Source: a virus. From it: a DNA stretch of 64,000 bases. Below, piece by piece: positions 57,067-64,000 of this stretch. The notes beneath the pieces were generated by a model that saw only the letters and a program-made list of their open reading frames with translations, made no database searches and was not told the origin of the DNA. Positions within the stretch are counted from its first letter, which is position 1. Every line of letters starts with the position of its first letter. Position numbers and translations under genes: made by a program. The stretch covers positions 38,120 through 102,119 of the IMG/VR virus record IMGVR_UViG_3300032607_001425; one strand, written 5' to 3'.

Positions 57067-59934
57067 TTATGCTGATTTGTAGCTTCCTAGTACTTGAGCT
57101 TTTCCTACTTTGTTTGAATCCATGTAAACATCTCCTCCTGCTTTTACTACTGCTATTAAAGCATCTAGTTTTGCTGCTACAGCTGCAAGAGATCCTTCAT
57201 CTGATTTTCCTTTAGCTTCACCAGCACTTTTACTTCCTCCTAGAGTGTTTAGTTTTTCAAGTACTGGTATTGCGCCGGTTCCTGCATCTGCTATTTCTCG
57301 TAATCCGTCTGCTATTCCCATTAAAGATCCTTTAACCGTTGCTAAAGCATCTGCCTTGCTTCCTAAATTATCTAGAACAGTTAGTGCGGGAGTCATCATG
57401 TTCATTGCTTTTCCAACTTCTTGTAGTGCTTTTCCTAAAATATATACTGCTCCTGCTGCAACAATTAATGCTCCTGCTCCTAGTAGTACTGCTGGTCCTA
57501 CTGCTGCTAGTCCTACTAATGCTAAAGTAAGTCCTAGTAATGCGGCTCCTGCACCAAGATATGTTTCTAGTCCTATATCTTTGAATTCCTGCATTGCTTT
57601 TCCTAAAACCCACATTGCTCCTGCTGCAACTACTAAGGCTGCTGCGCCTACCACTAAATCCTTTGCTTTTATTTTCTCAACAGCTTTTATTATACCTTTT
57701 AGCTTACTTCCACTGTCCTCTGGGACTTGCTCTTCAACTCCTAGTACCTTATCTACTAGACCTCCTACTTTATCTTCAATAGCGCCTCCAACCTTATCCT
57801 TTGCCTTATCCGCAAGAGTCTCGGTAACTCCTCCACCTTTTGCACCAGTATAGGCCTCCCCTAGACTATCTTTAAATGTTTTTAATTTTTCAATAACACC
57901 TCCTGAAAATAGTTCTTTTGTTGAGGCAAGTAAATCTTTGGTGCCTTTTATGGCTGTACCGAAGAAAGATGCTACTGCTTTTCCTGCAAAAGCCCCTACC
58001 ATTACAACAATTAACGGTGCTAGTAGGTTCATTTTTGATAAAAATTGTGTAATATACCCTAATATGCCTCCAACAACTGCAAGCATTTTGGCTAGTATAT
58101 CAACAACTGGCTCTATTACATCTAATAGAGGAGAAAATGCTTGGAAGATTTTATCCATTACCTTTGCCATTTTTTCTTGAACAGCCATTCTTCTCATATC
58201 TGAAGCTTCTACTCCTGCTGCTGCTGCTGCCTGTTCTTCAGTCATATTTAAGTCAAGAGCCTTTTTATATGCTATCTTTGCTAGTTGGTCCTTTGTTAGT
58301 CCCAATGCTTTTGCATATGCATCTTGTTGAATCCTATTCATCTTACCAAACTCAGCTATAGATGATGAGTTTTTAAAAATTTCATCACCTACTCCTGCTA
58401 GCTTATTACTTAAAGCAAGTTCTCTAGCTTTTTCTAAGTTAAGATCCTTTCCTATTAATAGTTCTGCTTCTAGTTCATTTGAGATTGATGATTGAAAATC
58501 TACTAATGAATCTGAAATATTATCTAAATCTTTTAGCGTTAATCCAAGTCTTGCAGCTGAAGCAGCTGCTTTAACCAATGCTGTTCCACTGTTACCTAGT
58601 GATAGCTTCATACTATCTGATGCGCTTGCTGCGTCTCTAAGAGCTACACCCTGGCTTACTGCTGATCTGTTTGTTTTGTTGAACGAACTAACCACAGAGA
58701 CCATATCTGTAGACATATCCTTAATATCCTTACCTCCAGTTTGTGCCATTATTGCCAATCCTCCAGCCTCTTCAGCTGAAAGTCCCATGGTATTTTTTAA
58801 TTCAGCAGCACCTGCTAGTGTGCTTGCACTAAATACATTTTGAGCATTGGTTCCTAATGCTTTAGTAAGCTCTCCTGCTACTTTTAATACATCAACTGTA
58901 TCTGCTAAGGCAAAGTTTGCTCCTGCCATTGCATCGCCATTTTGACCTGAAAGTCTTGAAAGTTCAACACTTTCTTTATTTACATCTAGGAATGCACTGT
59001 AAATTTTACCCATTAAGTAAAGAGGATCTAACATTCCTTTTCCTATGGCTTTTCCTGTTAGCATTGCTCCCTTAGCTGCAAACATAAATCTTTGGCCAAA
59101 TCCTAATGCTTTATCACTATTTAATTTAATAGCTTCTCGCATTTCATATCGAAGCTTATTGTTTATATCTTCTAGTTGATCTGAGATATGTCCCATTGAC
59201 ATTTTAGAAGCTATTGTAGATGCTGCTGATAGAGCTACTCCTGTTAGTCCAAAAGTTTTAGTTACTTCTTTTTCTAACCTATACCTTTTTTCCACTTCTC
59301 TAACAATCTCTTGATATGGTTTGAGCGAGTCTGTGTAGGCTTTTAATATATCTAATTCATTTTCTAGTAGCTGATGTTGCTTTTTTTCAGCTTTATCTAA
59401 GTTTTCGAGTCCTTTTGCTTCTAAATTATTAAATTCTTTTTCTTTTTGAACTATCTTATTTAGTATGCCAGCCCTACTTGTCGTTTGTGCTATTGTTTCT
59501 ACTTGATCTTTTAGCTGCTTTCGACGAAGATTTGCTTCTTTCGCCATCTTTTCTAACTGCCTTTCGCTTAGTGCATCTAGCTTTTGATCTTCATAAACTA
59601 ACTGCTGTCCTAAACTAACAATACTCGACATAGCTTTTGTAGCTCTCTTAATAGCTGCCTCTTGCTTTTGCAATGCATCAACTATACCTTGTGCTAAATC
59701 TAAACTGTCAGTTAAGCTTGTATTAAACTGCTTTGTTGCGTTATTTAAGCCATTAACATAGCCCTCCATAGCGTTCAATTCCTGAGCTATCCTAGTAGTG
59801 TTACTACCAGCCTTATTTAGGAGGTCAGCAAATACATCTGCGTTCTTATTGACTTGTAGTAGTTGTGTCTCAAGTTTTTTGAATTGTGCTATCTGCTGTG
59901 GAGTAAGGTTAGATGTATTTAATGGTACTGCCAT
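57067..59934 (-). CDS. Tape measure protein
   Basis: 955-aa Ala/Leu-rich helical protein with hydrophobic repeats, downstream of tube and chaperone genes. Confidence 0.88.
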   Translation of the reverse strand: MAVPLNTSNLTPQQIAQFKKLETQLLQVNKNADVFADLLNKAGSNTTRIAQELNAMEGYVNGLNNATKQFNTSLTDSLDLAQGIVDALQKQEAAIKRATKAMSSIVSLGQQLVYEDQKLDALSERQLEKMAKEANLRRKQLKDQVETIAQTTSRAGILNKIVQKEKEFNNLEAKGLENLDKAEKKQHQLLENELDILKAYTDSLKPYQEIVREVEKRYRLEKEVTKTFGLTGVALSAASTIASKMSMGHISDQLEDINNKLRYEMREAIKLNSDKALGFGQRFMFAAKGAMLTGKAIGKGMLDPLYLMGKIYSAFLDVNKESVELSRLSGQNGDAMAGANFALADTVDVLKVAGELTKALGTNAQNVFSASTLAGAAELKNTMGLSAEEAGGLAIMAQTGGKDIKDMSTDMVSVVSSFNKTNRSAVSQGVALRDAASASDSMKLSLGNSGTALVKAAASAARLGLTLKDLDNISDSLVDFQSSISNELEAELLIGKDLNLEKARELALSNKLAGVGDEIFKNSSSIAEFGKMNRIQQDAYAKALGLTKDQLAKIAYKKALDLNMTEEQAAAAAGVEASDMRRMAVQEKMAKVMDKIFQAFSPLLDVIEPVVDILAKMLAVVGGILGYITQFLSKMNLLAPLIVVMVGAFAGKAVASFFGTAIKGTKDLLASTKELFSGGVIEKLKTFKDSLGEAYTGAKGGGVTETLADKAKDKVGGAIEDKVGGLVDKVLGVEEQVPEDSGSKLKGIIKAVEKIKAKDLVVGAAALVVAAGAMWVLGKAMQEFKDIGLETYLGAGAALLGLTLALVGLAAVGPAVLLGAGALIVAAGAVYILGKALQEVGKAMNMMTPALTVLDNLGSKADALATVKGSLMGIADGLREIADAGTGAIPVLEKLNTLGGSKSAGEAKGKSDEGSLAAVAAKLDALIAVVKAGGDVYMDSNKVGKAQVLGSYKSA

Positions 59935-59972
59935 TGTATTTAATAGTTTATTATAAATAGGTAAAGCTTCTA

Positions 59973-60239
59973 TTATCTAGAAGCCTTTGTGCTATAGTCA
60001 GGTGCTTTAATATGTCCATTTTGCAATAGAGATTGCTGTCCTGATTGTTGTTGTTGTGCTTTATTTTGTTTTTCGAAATAGTCTATTAAGCTTCTATGGG
60101 TAAATTTTCTTAGCCATATAGGAAATTCATATAATGTTTCAAATGAATATCCTCCATTACCATGAAATACTATATCATGAAGTTGAGCAAAAAGCGCTGC
60201 TCTATACTCCGGCGTCAGGCCAAAGAAATGTAACCCCAA
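59973..60239 (-). CDS. Tail assembly chaperone C-terminal frame (probable frameshift product)
   Basis: Only a TTG start; overlaps the upstream gene in the +1 frame; H..GGY....Y..P...R motif. Confidence 0.6.
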   Translation of the reverse strand: MGLHFFGLTPEYRAALFAQLHDIVFHGNGGYSFETLYEFPIWLRKFTHRSLIDYFEKQNKAQQQQSGQQSLLQNGHIKAPDYSTKASR

Positions 60240-60942
60240 TAGGAATATCTACCCCTCCTTCTGGTCCGTCTTCTGGAAAAAATCTTAGATCAACATCTGG
60301 TTGTATTGTTTTTATATACTCTCTTAGAGCTCTAGAATCTCTTGCAAGTAAGAAGTTGTCTACAAAATCTCTAATAGTTTTAGGTTCTGAATTACCTTCT
60401 ACTGAAGTTATCATCCTCTTTAATCTAGTAGACAGTTCGGCTGAGGAGTCTTTGTTTAGTTTTTTTAATCCTTTTACTTCTTGATTTATAAGAGTTTCAT
60501 CTCCGTGAGTAAGTATTTTAAAAGTAATATTTGTACCTGTAGATGGTGTTACAAAAGAAAATTCGTTTTTACCACCCTCTAGTAAAGTGTAGTCAATGTT
60601 TTTATTTTGTATCTGGGAAAGATCTACTGTCTCTACTTCCCCCTTATAGTCAAATTCATAATCCTTTCCATATCCCAATACTCGAGAAGCAATTAGGATT
60701 GCATTCTTATCTCCTACTAAAAGATCTCCATAATTAATTGGAGTTACAATAAGTGATTGTAGTAGTTTATCAATAACTACTCCTTGTTGAATATAATTCT
60801 GATTGGTTAGAATATCTTCTTCACGAGCAGTCATATATTTCATTTCAATTGTACCTGATGCTAGTGCAGAATCTTTTGGATATAATAATCCTTTTGATGG
60901 TAATTCTACCATTTCGGTAGGAAATTTTTGCTTTTGTTCCAT
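60202..60942 (-). CDS. Tail/baseplate hub assembly chaperone (T4 gp26-like)
   Basis: VELPSKG..Y...MTAREEDIL...GDKNAILIASR..GYG. Confidence 0.75.
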   Translation of the reverse strand: MEQKQKFPTEMVELPSKGLLYPKDSALASGTIEMKYMTAREEDILTNQNYIQQGVVIDKLLQSLIVTPINYGDLLVGDKNAILIASRVLGYGKDYEFDYKGEVETVDLSQIQNKNIDYTLLEGGKNEFSFVTPSTGTNITFKILTHGDETLINQEVKGLKKLNKDSSAELSTRLKRMITSVEGNSEPKTIRDFVDNFLLARDSRALREYIKTIQPDVDLRFFPEDGPEGGVDIPIGVTFLWPDAGV

Positions 60943-61027
60943 AAATTTTATTTGTTAGTAACTTTTTCTATATATAAATATACATATAAAACTTTTATAA
61001 AACAACAAAGCCTGGACTTGCCAGGTC

Positions 61028-61654
61028 TTATTCTATTTTCCATCCTTTCCTAAATACTCCTGGATTGTTTCTATGTCTGTGTTGGAGGGTAGCGTATGCT
61101 ATTCCTACTTCTTTAGCTAAATCCGGGTAGGATTGCTTACTTATTGTTTTTCCATTTTCAAAAGTTACTGTATACGGACCTTTTGTCCACTGCTTCTTCC
61201 CTAATTGCCTTTCTGTTGTTTTTTTTGACAAAGAAGCTTTACCTGCTTCAGTCATATCGGATTTCATTCCTTTAAATACTCTTGTAGCATTATTTGTATT
61301 GCCTTTTAGTGCAATTGCTATTTTTTCTTTATGAGAAATAGATTTATCACTTTGCCACAACTCTTGTAAAATTCTCCTTGCTTCTCCATACTCCTCTTTT
61401 GTAATTTTCCTCTTACCATCAAAAGAAATTCTATGAAAAGCCCATAGCATTTTTCTACTATAGATTGAATGCCCTTTCCAATACTCTGCTAGTATTTTAT
61501 GAACTATGTAATGTTCTTCGGGTGTTAGTAGTACTGTTGTTGACTCCTTATTAAAACTTTTAGGAATAATATGATGTGCTTCATAGTAAGTCCCTTGTCC
61601 TTTTTTCCTACCCTCTTGTAATGCTTGTCTAATAATCTTAAAATACTGTTCCAT
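61028..61654 (-). CDS. HNH homing endonuclease in the tail module
   Basis: YYEAHHIIPKS.....VLLTPEEHYIVH. Confidence 0.88.
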   Translation of the reverse strand: MEQYFKIIRQALQEGRKKGQGTYYEAHHIIPKSFNKESTTVLLTPEEHYIVHKILAEYWKGHSIYSRKMLWAFHRISFDGKRKITKEEYGEARRILQELWQSDKSISHKEKIAIALKGNTNNATRVFKGMKSDMTEAGKASLSKKTTERQLGKKQWTKGPYTVTFENGKTISKQSYPDLAKEVGIAYATLQHRHRNNPGVFRKGWKIE

Positions 61655-61690
61655 AAAAAATGCCTATTTACTTTATTATAAATAGGCATA
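61655..61690 (-). promoter_or_regulatory. Hairpin/terminator overlapping a TATTTATA promoter motif upstream of the HNH gene
   Basis: ATGCCTATTTA/TAAATAGGCAT inverted repeat followed by TTTTT and the ATG. Confidence 0.55.
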
Positions 61691-61722
61691 AGTTTTGTAA
61701 ACCAGTAGTTCAGTATACGACT

Positions 61723-62211
61723 CTAATAATTTAAGACACAATAATCCATTGCTACTGTAATTGCAATCTCTACTACTCCATCAGCAGAAGTCCAGTCAAA
61801 TTGTCCAAAATCTCCTTTTGTCAAGAAAGCTCCTTTAATAATCCATTCCCCTACGATATCTCCTACAGGACCTAGAATGTTTAAAGTTAAATCTTTCTTA
61901 TAGAAATCTGAATATCCAGCTCTACCTGTTACTGATTCGTATCCTAAACGAGCCCATTCCATTACTGCTTGTGCTCCTGAAGGTGTGATTGGAGAATATA
62001 AAGTCATATCCATGTTTTCCCAATTTCTCTTTCCTCTTATTTTTCTGTAGGAGTTGATATGATCAAGTTTGATCTCTGTGTCTGAGAAGTTAGGTGCTTT
62101 CACGTTTTTAATCATGAATGCTGGGATGTTATCTATATACATTACGAACCTGTGTTGAACCATTGGTTCGAAGGCTCTGAACATAATTTCGTTTGGATCT
62201 AATACTGCCAT
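61723..62211 (-). CDS. Tail tube protein (gp19-like)
   Basis: FEP...RF, W..M..TLY.PI.PSGAQAVMEW, YKKDL...GPVGD; downstream of the sheath gene. Confidence 0.88.
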   Translation of the reverse strand: MAVLDPNEIMFRAFEPMVQHRFVMYIDNIPAFMIKNVKAPNFSDTEIKLDHINSYRKIRGKRNWENMDMTLYSPITPSGAQAVMEWARLGYESVTGRAGYSDFYKKDLTLNILGPVGDIVGEWIIKGAFLTKGDFGQFDWTSADGVVEIAITVAMDYCVLNY

Positions 62212-62230
62212 TTTATTTTATTTATTTTAT

Positions 62231-62238
62231 TATAAATA
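62231..62238 (-). promoter_or_regulatory. Putative phage late promoter TATTTATA (recurs near 6547, 8670, 34647, 57053, 59952, 60974, 61677 and at the 5' end of every leader RNA)
   Basis: Conserved motif 10-30 nt upstream of structural and endonuclease start codons. Confidence 0.6.
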
Positions 62239-62252
62239 TCTTTGTTTATAAA

Positions 62253-63998
62253 TTATGAGAAAGTAGCTCCAGTTGGTTCGATTGTGAAATCAAGTACTAC
62301 AAATTCAATTGTTTTAGCTGGTTGAATAAATATTTGACCTACTAATTGATTTCTATCTACAACATCTGCTGTGTTGTTGGTATCGTCCATTACAACTCTG
62401 TAAGCATATAGTCCTTGACGTTGTACTACTGATTCTAAGTAAGGATTTACCGTTGCTAAGAACTTGTTTCTAGTTGCTATAGTATTCTGCTCAAATACTA
62501 ACGTTCTTGCTTGATCACCAATAAATTTCTTAAGTTCAATTAACAATCTTCTTACGTTTACTCTATCCAATGCTGATGCTTTAGTTTGTAAAGTTTTTTG
62601 TCCAAATACTGCTATACCTGAACCTGGGAATGTTGCAATTGGATTAACTTTTGCTGAGTAGAGGGTATCTCTATCACCTTTAGTTAGTTTTCTCTCTGCT
62701 TGGATTACTCCTCCGATTCCTCCTCTTACAAGTCCTGCTGGTGCAAACCATGGTGCTGATGAAGCGTCGGTGAAAGCATATACTCCTGGAATTACTGTTC
62801 CTGCTGGAACCCATTCGTTTCTTCCTGTGGCTGATTGAATTTGTAACCAAGGCCAGTAAGTTGCTGCGTAAGAGCTGTTTAAAGAAGCTGCTTGAGTTGT
62901 TATAGCTGATACTATTGATCCTGTCTTTACTAGGTCTACTACTGCAATACAATCTCCTCTTTCTTCTGCTAAAGATATAAACGAGTTTACTGTAGAAGTG
63001 AAGCTTCCGTTGTGAATTAATCCTGGTGTTGATATAATATTAAATTGGTACTCGTCCTTATTTGCAAGCAAAGAACGTGCAATTGTATAATCTCCTGTAC
63101 CCAATCCCTGTGCATCTGCTCCTCCAGCTATTGATGAAAAGAAGGTTGCTGTTGATGGAACTGCTCCTGTTGCTCCGTGGAATGAACCTGATCCAGAGTT
63201 TGGAAGCGATCCTGAGTATGATATGCTGTTGCTGTCTATGTTTACTGTTACTCCGTCATTTGCTAAGTATTGGTTTGTTGGTAAGTTAACTGACCCTACT
63301 CTAACGTAGTTAGATTTATTTGGATATTCTCCTGCTGGATAGTTATAGTATACTCCGCTATCTGAGTCTACTGTAATTTCTTGGTTACCTATTACTCTCT
63401 CAATGTAGCTATCTGAGGCTGGATCAAGGTTTACATTAAATGTTTCTAGGATAGCTTTGTTATTTGTACTATCATTTCCTTGTCTAATAATTACTGAGAA
63501 TGTTCCTAGTGGCTTATTTACGTTTGCAATTTCCCATCGCAAATCATCAGCAGATCCAGATTTTAACGATCCGTCCGAGTTTTGTGCTCCTGGATCGCCT
63601 ACTGCAGTTGAGCTGTTGTATACAACACCCTTTCCTAAAGTTTTTAAAGTAAAAGGTTGAAGATATCCTACTTGTGAGGCTGATATATTGGTACTTGTTG
63701 CTGCTGTGTACGTTCCATTAGCTACTCTAGTTACTAATGCTGTTTGTCCACCATTTTGAAAATAGTTTTTAACTGCTACTGAAGTAAGGAATTCGTAGTT
63801 CTTGTTAGAAGCTGATACATAAACTTCACCAAATTTTCTTACATAATCACTATAGGATGTAACAGTGAGAGGTTGGTTTTGAGGTCCTTTAACTGTTGGT
63901 CCAACAAATGCTGCTCCTGCTTGGATTGGTGCTGGTTGTATAAAAGAAATGTCATTTTCTCTTGTAAATACTCCTGGAGAGATAATTGATTCTGCCAT
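62253..63998 (-). CDS. Contractile tail sheath protein (gp18-like)
   Basis: SPGVFTREND, PWFAPAG..RG, VNPIATFPG.G..VFGQKTL, DRVNVRRLL. Confidence 0.96.
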   Translation of the reverse strand: MAESIISPGVFTRENDISFIQPAPIQAGAAFVGPTVKGPQNQPLTVTSYSDYVRKFGEVYVSASNKNYEFLTSVAVKNYFQNGGQTALVTRVANGTYTAATSTNISASQVGYLQPFTLKTLGKGVVYNSSTAVGDPGAQNSDGSLKSGSADDLRWEIANVNKPLGTFSVIIRQGNDSTNNKAILETFNVNLDPASDSYIERVIGNQEITVDSDSGVYYNYPAGEYPNKSNYVRVGSVNLPTNQYLANDGVTVNIDSNSISYSGSLPNSGSGSFHGATGAVPSTATFFSSIAGGADAQGLGTGDYTIARSLLANKDEYQFNIISTPGLIHNGSFTSTVNSFISLAEERGDCIAVVDLVKTGSIVSAITTQAASLNSSYAATYWPWLQIQSATGRNEWVPAGTVIPGVYAFTDASSAPWFAPAGLVRGGIGGVIQAERKLTKGDRDTLYSAKVNPIATFPGSGIAVFGQKTLQTKASALDRVNVRRLLIELKKFIGDQARTLVFEQNTIATRNKFLATVNPYLESVVQRQGLYAYRVVMDDTNNTADVVDRNQLVGQIFIQPAKTIEFVVLDFTIEPTGATFS

Positions 63999-64000
63999 GT

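Noticed and set aside
216-63660. Plus-strand ORFs in the supplied track (e.g. 216-530, 38160-38579, 55923-56459, 57245-57853)
   Set aside because: They are antisense shadows of well-supported minus-strand genes and carry no recognisable motifs.
1-64000. Genome-wide TAG recoding (genetic code 15)
   Set aside because: Conserved genes such as groES, polA, nrdA and the RNA ligase end at TAG at their expected C-termini, and long genes are not fragmented. Only one internal TAG was seen.

Overview
64-kb segment of a large, AT-rich myovirus-type phage genome. Essentially all real genes are on the minus strand. The host is probably Bacteroidota (Flavobacteriia-like), based on TTG...TAnnTTT promoters, no evident Shine-Dalgarno sites, a DUF4494 gene and a Bacteroidota-type lipoprotein. 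In transcription order (right to left): tail sheath, tube, chaperones, tape measure and baseplate with a GH19 hub; replication genes (second PolA-like protein, SSB, RecA/UvsX, flap exonuclease, helicase, NrdB/NrdA, resolvase, thioredoxin); a tRNA array covering all 20 amino acids plus atypical tRNA-like and other structured RNAs; a hemO/bilin reductase/hemA cassette; RNA-repair genes; thyA; a 7-deazaguanine DNA-modification cluster (FolE, QueD, QueE, DpdL-like, DpdA-like) next to PolA; and GroES/GroEL. About 16 free-standing GIY-YIG/HNH endonuclease genes are scattered throughout. Main unexplained structures: (1) eight endonuclease genes carry one of two ~100-nt leader RNAs whose two hairpin loops are 7-nt complementary, with a different co-varying sequence in each copy; (2) a 44-codon leader peptide using 19 of 20 amino acids with antiterminator/terminator geometry lies ahead of the tRNA array; (3) a ~310-nt structured RNA with hexamer repeats follows a coiled-coil gene. 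All calls are from manual reading; no searches or folding programs were run.
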